This document shows, in pieces, positions 16,118-26,295 of a DNA stretch of 32,000 nucleotides. The position numbers and the translations under genes are program-made. This DNA is from Candidatus Iainarchaeum sp. GTDB lineage: Archaea > Iainarchaeota > Iainarchaeia > Iainarchaeales > CSSED10-239. The first letter of the stretch is position 1, and each line of letters opens with the position of its first letter. The notes under the pieces were generated by a model. That model ran no database searches. It saw nothing but the letters and a program-made list of their open reading frames with translations, and was not told where the DNA came from. Location: assembly GCA_037441475.1 (NCBI GenBank), contig JBBISB010000001.1, positions 216,418 through 248,417 on the forward strand. Direction: 5' to 3'.

Positions 16118-19100
16118 CTAATTAAAAGAAGTTAGATACTCTTTTACATAATCAAGTTCTGTTTTACCGTACTTGTCTTTTATTTTATTATCATAATAGT
16201 TTAAAGGCATAACAATTTGCCTTAACTGCCTTCCACTTGTGGTATAATAATCAACAGCTTCCTCTGCTGAAACATAGAATGAAGCATTCAACATAAGACC
16301 AGATTCGTTTTTGTAAATATCTACGTAAGGTGCTGTATGAGTATATAAAAGACCAGTAAATTTTTTTCCAGCTCTTGAAGGAATATGATAATTGTTTGGA
16401 TAAGTATAAGTTGTTTTACCTATATATATACCTAAAATCATTCCTTCAAAAAATCTATTTGGGTTTATTGGAGGATCGCGCCTATAATCCCAGACTACTT
16501 GATTTATAGTTGCAAGAAACCAAGCATCGTCTCTTACAAAATCAGATTCTCTTGGGTATACTGAAAAATGTCTAACCATGTTATAATGATAATTATTTGT
16601 AACATCTAGACTTAAGGCAGTACATCTATTTTGATATTTTCTTATAGGGTTTGTCATTATAAAATTTTTAGAAATATAATTATCTGTAAGTCTTGTATAT
16701 CTTTTTGGAAGTTTAAATTTTAAAAATAACTTTTCTTTAGGATCAATATAGTTTTCTTTAATATACTTTTGGATATTTTCATTTTCTGTTTTATCTTTAC
16801 TAAAAACAAGATCATTAGGGTTAAAGAAAGATAATCTATCAAACACTAAGTAGTTTGCAAAGAAATCAATTGTTGAAGAATAGTCTTTTCTAAAGTCTAA
16901 GAAGGATGCTCCAGCAATGTTATTATTACTATCAATAAAGATTATACCTTCTTTTGAAGAAGTAAAATACTCTGATAGATATTTGGAAGGATATTTTTCT
17001 TGACCTGCATATATTTGGCCTATAGGTGTTTTAAAGAAAGATAACTGTTCAATAAAGTTATTTTGATCTTCAAGATAAAATGCAGAGTTAAGAATAATGT
17101 TTGTATAGTTGTTTAGATTTAAATCCTTTGTGTAATCACAAAGAAGAGAATAATTATCTTTTGTAAAAGAATTTCTCTTGATAATGTAATCTTTTGATTC
17201 TAGAGTAACATTACTAAATGGAAATTCTGAATAACCAGGATACTTAAGAATAGTGAAGTTCATTCTTTTTAGATGTTTTTCAAAAATATTAAAATCTTGG
17301 TCAATTTTATTTACATCACAAAATTTTTTTTTTAAAAACCAGTTTGTTTCTCTTAAATCAGCTTTAACAAAAGTATTTGCCCAAAATAACTTCTGTTCAA
17401 TTAAAGAAAAATCTTGTGCGTTTGAAACATCATAAATATAACTATTGAACAACTTAAGCTTTAAAGGAGATATTTTTGTTAAATTATTATCAATTTGTGC
17501 ATCCTTTCCTGTCAAGTAATTAAGTTTATTATCATAATCACTATATGTGTTTACTTTTTTGTTTGTGTAGCCGGTATTATTTTTATAAACCCTTAAAACA
17601 CCAGAAGAAACAACTATAAAATAATCCTTATAAATATAGAAATAAGGGTATGTTGTTGAAATAATGTTTTTTCTATCATTTGTAATTATTATAGGCAAAT
17701 TTTCATCTTTAAAAAGGATATGAAAAGATGTACTTTGTTTTGAGGAATAAACTTCAGTTATTTTAAGATGTTCATTTTCTAAAAGAAAGAAATTTGTTCT
17801 AAGCTTATAGTTTGCTGTACTTTCAACAAAGTAATAAGAGTTACTTATAGCCTCAATTAAATAAATATCCATTTTTCCAAAAAGATTGTTATCAAAATTA
17901 TAGAATAAATACAGATCATCCTTAACAATTGGGTTTAAGGACTTACCTGAACTTAAAGATATAAAAAAAGAATTGTCTTTAAAGTTAGGTGTGTGAAATA
18001 AAGCATATTCTTTTCTAGAGTATATGTTTTTTATACTTTCAGATGAAGAACTAATAGATAATTTTCTTTTTCTATTCTCCATAACATTATATATTTCATA
18101 ATTATTTAAAACTATATTCCCATTTCTGAAAAGTAAGTTTGTTATTATGTTTTTATTTTCATCACCTTCTTTAACAGAAAAGTAATTTGAAGAAAGAAAA
18201 CTACTAAAGGAAAGATTCTTTTCTTGATCTAAGAAATTTATTTTAAAATCAACAAAATTTTCATTATAGTTGTTTAAAGTGTATGTAAAAGAACCATGCT
18301 CCCCTTGACTAAGACTAAGTCTATATATTTCATCCATGTCAGAGAAACTTATAGGATAAGCTACTTTATTACTTAAAATCCATCCATTCTCTTCAATCTC
18401 AAGCTTTAAGCTATTGTAATTGATTGGATCAGGGTATGCATAAACAACAGCTGAATCTGTTTTTATAATGTTTACAGGTAAATTAAATTCATTTGAAAGA
18501 ATGCTTTTTTTAAAAAATATTTCTGTTTGTATAATCTTTGATTGGTTATTGTAGTTATGAGGAGTAAATTTAATTTCTGCTAAAACAACTTTTTCTTGAA
18601 GCCATTTTTTAGTTATTAACTCATCTATACAGTTTTTAGAAAAACCAATACCATTTTCTAAATAAGATTTATTTCTGTTTATTAAATCTGCTTTTGTTGT
18701 AACTGGGTATCTTTTAAAATAATCTAAGACTGGTTTACAGTAAGCCGAGTAAGGTTCCTTTGGAAGGAAAGGGGCATAAGAGCCTGTTGATTTATTAATA
18801 TCAATTGCAAAGAGTGAATATATTGGTGTATAGTCTAGAAAACCTTCTTGTAAAGATAGGCTTTGAAAGTAAGTAAGATTTTCATTAGCGTGACTTATTA
18901 ATGGAAAAAAATATGAGTTTGCTTTTTTTAAATCTGTTAAATAAAGAGAGATTTCATTTTCCTGTGGAAAGTTTTTAACTAATGAGTTGTAGTCGTCTGT
19001 AAAGTAACTAAACTCATACTCTTTATTTGCTAAGGTTGATGAGAAGGTTATTTGAGAGAATATTATTAAAGAAAATAATAATATGAAGATATGTATCTTT

Positions 19101-19981
19101 CTTGCCTCCCTTCTAGATATTTGTTGTTCTTTTCTTTGAAGTGTATTTCTTTCCATAGGTGTTTCTTTTTTTCTTTTTTTTAAAATAATAAATAATATTA
19201 TTACTATTATTAAAAGGATATACCAATAACTTCTTAAGTTATCTTTTATAGAATTGCTTTTTATTTTTTCAAGGAAGGTTTGAGAAGAGGTAGGAGTTAG
19301 TGAAGAACCCATTCCATTATTTTCTAAAGAGTTATTTTCTTGAGAGGATATTTCTTCTTTACTTACAACAATAATGTCTAACCTTTCTTCAAAAATAGAG
19401 TTTTCAATAACTGTAGATATTTCTAAAGAATATATGCCTTCCTTAAGATTAAGTTTTAGAGGGAAAGAAGAATTGTTGTATTCTTTTAAATAATCTTGAG
19501 AGGTAACTTTAACATTAAAGAAAGAGTCTTTTAAAGAAGAGGAAAGATAGAAGTCTTTGTTTTCTTCAAAAATATCAAATAACTCTTGCGAGCATGTTAT
19601 GTCATTACAAAAATAATAATTAATTTCTTTATTTATTTTTTTTAAAACTAAAGGGTATTCTTTTTTTTCTATAAGCTGTTGAGAAAAAGAAAAATATGAA
19701 TAACTGATGACTAAAGAGGAAGGATAAAAGCTTTCAAACTTAAAAGGTATAGAGGATGCCTCCTCTGTTAAAAAAGATCTTTCAAACAAGATTCTTTCTT
19801 GAGAAGTAACTTCTAAGGTTATGTAGTAAACCTCTTGAGAAATATCTGTAAGGCCTAGGTCTATTCTCTCTGTATAGTAATAATCGTTTAAAGGATCAAA
19901 CTTATGGTTTGAGGAGAATAGAGGTATAGATAAGGATATTAGGAAAATAAATAGAATTATACTAAAATATCTTTTGCTCAT
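16118..19981 (-). CDS. Giant (1287 aa) exported/membrane protein of unknown function
   Basis: N-terminal hydrophobic helix (YFSIILFIFLISLSIPLF), ~230 aa extracytoplasmic-like region, TM (YILLIIVIILFIIL), short basic cytoplasmic-like segment, second export/TM helix (IHIFILLFSLIIFSQITF), then ~970 aa with abundant Asn/Ser/Tyr. Confidence 0.8.
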   Translation of the reverse strand: MSKRYFSIILFIFLISLSIPLFSSNHKFDPLNDYYYTERIDLGLTDISQEVYYITLEVTSQERILFERSFLTEEASSIPFKFESFYPSSLVISYSYFSFSQQLIEKKEYPLVLKKINKEINYYFCNDITCSQELFDIFEENKDFYLSSSLKDSFFNVKVTSQDYLKEYNNSSFPLKLNLKEGIYSLEISTVIENSIFEERLDIIVVSKEEISSQENNSLENNGMGSSLTPTSSQTFLEKIKSNSIKDNLRSYWYILLIIVIILFIILKKRKKETPMERNTLQRKEQQISRREARKIHIFILLFSLIIFSQITFSSTLANKEYEFSYFTDDYNSLVKNFPQENEISLYLTDLKKANSYFFPLISHANENLTYFQSLSLQEGFLDYTPIYSLFAIDINKSTGSYAPFLPKEPYSAYCKPVLDYFKRYPVTTKADLINRNKSYLENGIGFSKNCIDELITKKWLQEKVVLAEIKFTPHNYNNQSKIIQTEIFFKKSILSNEFNLPVNIIKTDSAVVYAYPDPINYNSLKLEIEENGWILSNKVAYPISFSDMDEIYRLSLSQGEHGSFTYTLNNYNENFVDFKINFLDQEKNLSFSSFLSSNYFSVKEGDENKNIITNLLFRNGNIVLNNYEIYNVMENRKRKLSISSSSESIKNIYSRKEYALFHTPNFKDNSFFISLSSGKSLNPIVKDDLYLFYNFDNNLFGKMDIYLIEAISNSYYFVESTANYKLRTNFFLLENEHLKITEVYSSKQSTSFHILFKDENLPIIITNDRKNIISTTYPYFYIYKDYFIVVSSGVLRVYKNNTGYTNKKVNTYSDYDNKLNYLTGKDAQIDNNLTKISPLKLKLFNSYIYDVSNAQDFSLIEQKLFWANTFVKADLRETNWFLKKKFCDVNKIDQDFNIFEKHLKRMNFTILKYPGYSEFPFSNVTLESKDYIIKRNSFTKDNYSLLCDYTKDLNLNNYTNIILNSAFYLEDQNNFIEQLSFFKTPIGQIYAGQEKYPSKYLSEYFTSSKEGIIFIDSNNNIAGASFLDFRKDYSSTIDFFANYLVFDRLSFFNPNDLVFSKDKTENENIQKYIKENYIDPKEKLFLKFKLPKRYTRLTDNYISKNFIMTNPIRKYQNRCTALSLDVTNNYHYNMVRHFSVYPRESDFVRDDAWFLATINQVVWDYRRDPPINPNRFFEGMILGIYIGKTTYTYPNNYHIPSRAGKKFTGLLYTHTAPYVDIYKNESGLMLNASFYVSAEEAVDYYTTSGRQLRQIVMPLNYYDNKIKDKYGKTELDYVKEYLTSFN

Positions 19982-20055
19982 ATATAATATATAGTAAACA
20001 AAAAAATAAAAAGAGAATTGTTTCTCTCTTTATGTTAAAAAAGAAAAACAAATTC

Positions 20056-22437
20056 TTATTTATTTAAGTAAAAAAGATACCAGCCAATCTTTCTTACAGA
20101 CCCAACTGTTGCAACACAACCAAGTTTTTTCTGTGAAGAGTTTTGGAACAATTCATTTCCTGTTCCTGCACAATTAACATTTACATTATCTTTATCAGCG
20201 GGAATAGTAACAGTATTAAAGAAAGTTCTTGTATCTCTTATATTAAATTGATGTGCATAAAACATAATAAATGCTTTATCAATATCTGTATATCTTGAAT
20301 TAAATTCAGTAATATTTGTTTTGGCATAATTTAAATTATATTTAAACACAGCAAGACCTAAATATAAGGATTTATTTAAATCAGATCCAGATTCATCAAA
20401 ATAAGTGTAATATTTTTCAACTGTATTAATACTATTTGGGAGGTATACTTTTAAATCGTTAAAACCTTGTGAAGTTCTCCAAATTGGTTTATTTATTTGA
20501 GCAAGCCCTATAGATTCTCCTTTATCTCCAACTTGATTATTTAAAAAAGAGGATTCTCCTCCAATTATAGAAAAGAAAATTGCGATTTCATTTTCTGTAA
20601 GGTTAAAATTCTTCTTTTCAGATTCAAATAATTTATAAGCTTCTAAATTACTATTAAAGGTACTTTTTTTATTATCATAATAAAATTTAATTTCTAAATA
20701 ATATGTTTCTTTAGGACTAAATGTACCTGCAGAACTAGAAATAGAAGTGCTACCTATTTTCTTTTCAATATCAAAAATATTGAAATTACATAATATTTCA
20801 TAATCACCAGTATATTTACAATCAGAACTATCATCTACACTAGGTTTGTTAGTATCATCTCTAGGTTTACAGGATTCTTCAACTTTTCCATCTTCTCTTA
20901 CTGTTTGCTCACAAACAGGATCTTGATAGGCAGGAGTAATTATATTATAAGGCATCCAGTCTGGTATACTACAACCATCACAGTAAGCAGAATTAATTAT
21001 TTTTTGGTATATCTTATATTCTATTAGTGAATTAAAGTCAACCTTATTTAAATAAACAAAGAATAAATAATCTACATTTGTATTATCTTGCATAGCTGCT
21101 AAGAAATAATTATCTTTAGAATTATTTTTTATATTAAAGTTAGTTTGAGCTGAAGAAACATAATTGCCTACACCTAAACTAATCTCGTTGCCAGATAAAT
21201 TACCAGGATTATTTTTTGATACTTTATTTGTATAATCTTTTGTTAATTGGTTTATTGAAAAGTAAACTGGTTTATCAGAATATACTTTTTCAATAATTAC
21301 ATCTATATTTGACCAGTTGTTATAATAACAAATCTTTGTTTCTTTTTCACAGATTATATTATTATTTTTTAAATCATCTTTAAAATTAATTAAAAACTTT
21401 TTAGTGCTTGAAGATTGACCTGAAGCAGAATCACCTAAAGTAATTCCTTGTAGATAATTACTTAAAGTTAAAGTGTTAAAATTAACAGCAATTGCATTTA
21501 ACTTCTGTCCTGAAGATAAGGTGACTGGAGAAGTATATTTTTTAACACTATATTCAACACCTTCAATATTAACTTTTATTTCTTTTGTATTTAAGTAATT
21601 TTTTAATTTTTCAGAGCTATTTAATTCTTTAATTTTATCTTTAAAATATTTATCTATATTGAAATCATTTAATGTATAATAAATATTTACATTATCAGAA
21701 ACATTTGAATCAAGTTTAATTTTATTTTCTTCAACTATAGAATGAGTTAAATTTATTGAAGAAATTGATTTTACAGTAGATTCATTTAATGAAAAGGTAT
21801 AAACTGCCTTTGCTAAATTTTTACTATTCTGAAAATCATTATGATAGAATGAAGAAAAAAAACCACAATGATCATAAAGATAAATATAAGCTTTATTATA
21901 ATTATAAAAATCAGCTATATTAAATTTATAGGAATAATTTTGATTCTTTTTGAAGTCATCCTCTATTTTTATAATAATTAAATTATAATCTTCATTAATA
22001 TATTCTTTTAAATTATTTTTAAAAGTAGGATCATTTGTTCCTAAATAATTATTATATTTTTTTAAAGTATCTTCAGTTTCATTTACACCAGTACCTCTGT
22101 TAGATAAACTATCGTATAAAAAATCATCTATTCCTTTTTCACTATTAAAGGAATCATTTACTAAGAAAACCACTAAAAATAAACCTCTATGCTCAGTTGA
22201 ATATTTTACACCTAAGACACTTTTATCTGTTGTTCTACAAGAAAGCCTATCTTCTAAATTATTACTATAATTAATAGTAAGACTATTATCTTTTATATCT
22301 GCTGAAGTTAAATCCCATCCTAATTTTGAAGTTAAACTATAACTTGTAAATTCGTTTTCAGCAAAGGCAAAGCCTGAAGATAAAACAAACATTAAAACCA
22401 TTAAAAAAATACCTAAAATACCTAATCTCTTTTGCAT
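20056..22437 (-). CDS. Large (793 aa) exported protein with C-terminal lysozyme-like / SLT-type domain
   Basis: Signal-peptide-like N-terminus (LGILGIFLMVLMFVLSSGFAFA). C-terminal NEIAIFFSIIGGESSFLNNQVGDKGESIGLAQINKPIWRTSQG resembles the SLT-fold catalytic Glu-Ser and G.s.GlaQI motifs. Confidence 0.75.
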   Translation of the reverse strand: MQKRLGILGIFLMVLMFVLSSGFAFAENEFTSYSLTSKLGWDLTSADIKDNSLTINYSNNLEDRLSCRTTDKSVLGVKYSTEHRGLFLVVFLVNDSFNSEKGIDDFLYDSLSNRGTGVNETEDTLKKYNNYLGTNDPTFKNNLKEYINEDYNLIIIKIEDDFKKNQNYSYKFNIADFYNYNKAYIYLYDHCGFFSSFYHNDFQNSKNLAKAVYTFSLNESTVKSISSINLTHSIVEENKIKLDSNVSDNVNIYYTLNDFNIDKYFKDKIKELNSSEKLKNYLNTKEIKVNIEGVEYSVKKYTSPVTLSSGQKLNAIAVNFNTLTLSNYLQGITLGDSASGQSSSTKKFLINFKDDLKNNNIICEKETKICYYNNWSNIDVIIEKVYSDKPVYFSINQLTKDYTNKVSKNNPGNLSGNEISLGVGNYVSSAQTNFNIKNNSKDNYFLAAMQDNTNVDYLFFVYLNKVDFNSLIEYKIYQKIINSAYCDGCSIPDWMPYNIITPAYQDPVCEQTVREDGKVEESCKPRDDTNKPSVDDSSDCKYTGDYEILCNFNIFDIEKKIGSTSISSSAGTFSPKETYYLEIKFYYDNKKSTFNSNLEAYKLFESEKKNFNLTENEIAIFFSIIGGESSFLNNQVGDKGESIGLAQINKPIWRTSQGFNDLKVYLPNSINTVEKYYTYFDESGSDLNKSLYLGLAVFKYNLNYAKTNITEFNSRYTDIDKAFIMFYAHQFNIRDTRTFFNTVTIPADKDNVNVNCAGTGNELFQNSSQKKLGCVATVGSVRKIGWYLFYLNK

Positions 22438-22720
22438 ATTAATAAAACCTCTTTTATAAATATTCCATAAAATATTCTCTAAAAATATAATATTATTTCT
22501 TTATTATTAATTAAATATAGTTTTTAAGTTAACTTAAACTTATTAAACTATATATTATATAGGAAACAATATATTTATATATATTAGCAAAATCTTTGAA
22601 ATTTAAAAACCTCTTTAGAAAATATAAAAATCTTTAAAATTTAGAAAAGAAGCATTTTATAAACTTTTTACCCCTATATATTAATTACTTATATATAACA
22701 TAAAAAAAGGTGAAAAGTAT

Positions 22721-24169
22721 ATGACAATAAAACTCTACAACACACTTACAAGAAAAAAAGAAGCCTTCAAGCCAGTTGAAAAAGGTTTACTTAAGATATA
22801 TGTGTGTGGAGTAACTGTTTATGATGATGTTCACATAGGGCATGCAATGTCATATATCTACTATGATCTTTTAATTAATTATTTTAAATACTTCCATGAC
22901 TATCAAATCTTCTATGTTAGAAACATTACAGATGTTGGGCACTTAACATATGATGGTTTAGGGGATGATGGAGAAGATAAGATAACAAAAAGAGCAAAGG
23001 AAAGAAAGATACACCCTATGGAGCTTGTCTATAAATATTCACACAGAATGTGGGAGGGTTTTGATAAACTTAAGATATCAAGACCAAACTTAGAGCCACA
23101 AGCCTCATCCCATGTTCCTGAAATTATAGAATGGGTAAAAAAATTAATTGAAAATGGTTTTGCATATGAAACAAAAAACGGTATCTATTACGATGTTTCA
23201 AAGTTTAAAGAATATGGATCTTTTTCAAATAGAAAGATTGAAGACCTTTTAAAAGATACAAGATTTAAAAATGATGAAGAAAAGAAAAATCCAGCAGACT
23301 TTGCTGTCTGGATAAAAGCAAAACCAGAGCATATCTTAAAATGGAACTCTCCTTGGGGCCTAGGTTACCCTGGTTGGCATATTGAATGTTCAGTTATGGG
23401 GAATAAATACCTAGGAGATACCTTTGATATACATGGGGGAGGAATAGAGCATGTTTTTCCACATCATGAAAATGAGATAGCTCAAAATTATGGTTGCCTT
23501 GGAAAAAAAATGGTAAATTACTGGGTTCACTCTGCTATGCTATCTATAGATGGTAAGAAAATGGGAAAGTCTTTAGGAAACTTTATAACCATTGAAGATT
23601 TTTTAAAGAAACATACAGCAGAAGAACTAAGATATGTTTTTTCAACAGGACATTATAGAAAACCACAAAATTACACTGAACAATCAATTATTGATGCTAA
23701 AAAAACATTACAAAACCTAAACAACTACATTAGAAGACTACAAGAAGTAAAACAAGAAAAAGAAATGCACTATGCAAAAGAGATTATTGAAACATCAATC
23801 TTTAATTTTGAAAAATCAATGGATGATGATCTTAATACACCAACAGCATGGGCACAGATATTTTTCCTTGTAAAAGAAACAAACAAGCTAATGGATCAAG
23901 AAAAATTAACTAGGGAAGAAGCATCTAAGGTTTTAGATTTTTTAAAAAAAGTAAATCTTGTTTTTAAAGTTTTTAATTTTGAAAGTGAAAGTGAAAACAA
24001 GAAGAAAAATAAAATGCCTGTTGAAGAGATTGAAAAGTTAATTTTAAAGAGAGAAGAGTTAAGAAACAAAAAAAAATGGGAAGAAGCAGATATCATAAGA
24101 ATAAACCTAAAGAAAAAAGGAGTTATTCTTTTTGATTCTAAGGAAAAAACTACTTGGGCTTTTGAGTAG
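22721..24169 (+). CDS. cysS: Cysteinyl-tRNA synthetase
   Basis: [24 protein letters not shown] (HIGH), [52 protein letters not shown] (KMSKS-like KMGKS). Confidence 0.97.
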   Translation: MTIKLYNTLTRKKEAFKPVEKGLLKIYVCGVTVYDDVHIGHAMSYIYYDLLINYFKYFHDYQIFYVRNITDVGHLTYDGLGDDGEDKITKRAKERKIHPMELVYKYSHRMWEGFDKLKISRPNLEPQASSHVPEIIEWVKKLIENGFAYETKNGIYYDVSKFKEYGSFSNRKIEDLLKDTRFKNDEEKKNPADFAVWIKAKPEHILKWNSPWGLGYPGWHIECSVMGNKYLGDTFDIHGGGIEHVFPHHENEIAQNYGCLGKKMVNYWVHSAMLSIDGKKMGKSLGNFITIEDFLKKHTAEELRYVFSTGHYRKPQNYTEQSIIDAKKTLQNLNNYIRRLQEVKQEKEMHYAKEIIETSIFNFEKSMDDDLNTPTAWAQIFFLVKETNKLMDQEKLTREEASKVLDFLKKVNLVFKVFNFESESENKKKNKMPVEEIEKLILKREELRNKKKWEEADIIRINLKKKGVILFDSKEKTTWAFE

Positions 24170-24509
24170 TTTTCTTTTTTTCACTTTTCCCAAATAACTT
24201 TTCAAAAGATTTTTTAGAGTAATCATAATCCTCTTTTGAAAGGTTTATTCCTTTCCCTTTTCTTGTAAGCTCTTCTTGAAAATCTCTTTTAGAAATTCCA
24301 GCAAGCTTTGCACCTGCAGACAGATCTAGGTTTTTAGAATAGTACTTTTCAATAGCTTTTTCTAAATTATATTCATAAATACCTTTATCTAAAAACATTC
24401 TTAATGTTTCAGACTCACTTATTTCTTTTTCTTTAGAAACATTATAAATTAATTTTAAAGAACTATCAGATAACCTATAAGATTTTAATTTATATTCTTT
24501 TTTAACCAT
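24150..24509 (-). CDS. RHH/UPF0175-like antitoxin candidate
   Basis: N-terminal RHH-like segment plus EKAIEKYYSKNLDLSAGAKLAGISKRDFQEELTRKGKG (UPF0175-like helical motif), paired with a PIN-like ORF. Overlaps the cysS 3' end by 20 nt. Confidence 0.65.
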   Translation of the reverse strand: MVKKEYKLKSYRLSDSSLKLIYNVSKEKEISESETLRMFLDKGIYEYNLEKAIEKYYSKNLDLSAGAKLAGISKRDFQEELTRKGKGINLSKEDYDYSKKSFEKLFGKSEKKKTTQKPK

Positions 24510-24523
24510 TTAAAACACCTCTT

Positions 24524-25027
24524 TTATAAGTCATTTAAAGCAGAATCAATGTGTAATTTTTGTATTTTACCTTTCAATTGATTTATTGAAAATTCTGCTT
24601 TTTCTCTTGTAATATATTTATCTTTATATAACCTCACAATAAAATAAACTGAAGTGATTACAAATAAATTGTTTTTTTTACAAAAATTAAGTGCACCTTT
24701 ATCATCCACTAAAATAACTCCATTTATTTCTTTTAAAAGAGCTGTAGAAAAAAGCTCACCTGAATTTTTAGATAATTCTTTACTGATAGATAAAGAAACT
24801 TCCTTTGGCTCTTTTAAAGTAATTAAGTCTGCTTCTAAATATAGTTTAAATAAATATGAGTCTTTTGAAAAATAATTATTTTTTTCATAAAAATCAAATA
24901 ATTCTTCTCTAACTTTAAGTGTGGAATAAAGGTTAAAATAATCTAAAAGGAACTTATTTAAATCAACCTTAGATAGATTGATCCAAAATGAAGAATCAAT
25001 AACTGCATTAACTTTATGTTTAAGCAT
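24524..25027 (-). CDS. PIN-domain (DUF3368-like) toxin candidate
   Basis: AVIDSSFWINLSK..., LSKNSGELFSTALLKEINGVILVDDKGALNFCKKNNLFVI: PIN-like acidic residues (D, E, D/D) and the DUF3368-like G/E-xx...DD.xAR/L pattern. Confidence 0.6.
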   Translation of the reverse strand: MLKHKVNAVIDSSFWINLSKVDLNKFLLDYFNLYSTLKVREELFDFYEKNNYFSKDSYLFKLYLEADLITLKEPKEVSLSISKELSKNSGELFSTALLKEINGVILVDDKGALNFCKKNNLFVITSVYFIVRLYKDKYITREKAEFSINQLKGKIQKLHIDSALNDL

Positions 25028-25152
25028 AAATATTAATGTAATACAAAATATTTAAAAATAGATTCATTTGTATTACAAGAGAATAGAAATAACAAAAAAG
25101 CATTCATTAAAGGTTTTCAAAAAAAAGAATTATATCTTTTTAAAACAAAAAA

Positions 25153-26209
25153 CTAAAGAAGAGGAATTCCTCTTCTTTTAGCTTCTTTAAAAACCTCTTC
25201 AGGCCAAACACTTGATTGAACCTCTCCAATATGCCCTTTTTCTAAAAGAAACATACAAAGCCTTGATTGTCCAATTCCACCACCTATGCTTAAAGGAAGT
25301 TCTTCTCTTACAATCCTTTTATGATAATCTAGTTTTAGTTTATACATTTCTTTCTTTTCCCTTAATTGAAAAAGTAAAGCTTCTTTAGAAACTCTTATAC
25401 CCATTGAAGAAAGCTCTAAAGCTTTTTTATAAATAGGGTCATAAACTAGTAAATCACCGTTTAAGCCATGATAGGTTTTATGCTTAACCTTTATCTCTGT
25501 AGACCAATCATCATAATCTGTAGCTCTTAGATCATGTGCTTTTCCATCATCTAAAGGAAAGCCAATACCGATTATAAAGACAGTTCCATGCTCTTTACAG
25601 ATTCTATCTTCTCTTTCCTTTGAAGATAAAGAAGGGTATAGCTTTTGAAGGTCCTCTGAGTGTATGAAATAAACATCTTTTTCTAAAGAGTGTTTCAAGG
25701 AAGGATATTTTTTTAAAAGATATTTCTTTGTGTCATATATACAAGAATAGATATGTCTTACTATTTTTTTTAAAAACATCAAAGATCTTTCTTCTTTAGA
25801 AATTACTCTTTCCCAATCCCATTGATCAACATACAAAGAATGTGTTGAGTCTGGAATTTCATCTTTCCTTATAGCATCCATGTCTGTGTAAAGACCAGTT
25901 CCTTTAGAAAAATCATGCTCTCCTAAAACCACTATTTTCCATTTTGCAAGAGAATGAATAATCTCTATTGGTTCTTTTTTAAATTTAACTTTAAAAGAAA
26001 CAGGGGTTTGTGTTTGTGCTAAGTCATCTAAAAGACCAGTTTTTGAAACTAGAAATTTAGGGGATGTGACACGTTGTAAAAATAGTTTTTTTGAAAGTTT
26101 TTTTTCAAAATATTTTCTAAGAAGATAGATAGCTTGTTGTGTTTTTTTATAATCCAGTTTTGATTTATAGCCCTCTGGAAAAATTGGCCTGATACTTTTT
26201 TTGCGTCAT
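25153..26209 (-). pseudogene. asnA: Aspartate--ammonia ligase (AsnA-type asparagine synthetase), full-length homology but 5' frameshifted
   Basis: Track ORF 25153..25932 covers GLYTDMDAIR, SLYVDQWDWERV, DYDDWSTEI, LNGDLLVYDP, SSMGIRV, SIGGGIGQSRL. The frame stays open upstream with AsnA-like sequence (PEGYKSKLDYKKTQQAIYLLRKYFEKKL...EIIHSLAKWKIVV) but has no start codon before an in-frame TGA. An ATG at 26209 is one base out of frame across an A7 run (26196-26202 on the + strand). Confidence 0.8.
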
Positions 26210-26295
26210 AAGTTATTCAACTCCGTTTTTTTTTATATTTTGTTAAGAATGGCTTTTTCTTTTTTTTAAAAAAAAGAAAAAACCAAAATAAGTAT

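Noticed and set aside
17253-17435. Plus-strand ORF 17253..17435 within the 1287-aa gene
   Set aside because: Antisense to a long continuous ORF; no start context or motif support.
25153-25932. Treating the AsnA ORF as an archaeal AspRS/AsnRS-paralog-type asparagine synthetase
   Set aside because: Motifs (YVDQWDWE, YDDWS, LNGDLLV, SSMGIRV, GGGIGQSR) are those of the E. coli AsnA family, not the AsnRS-derived family.
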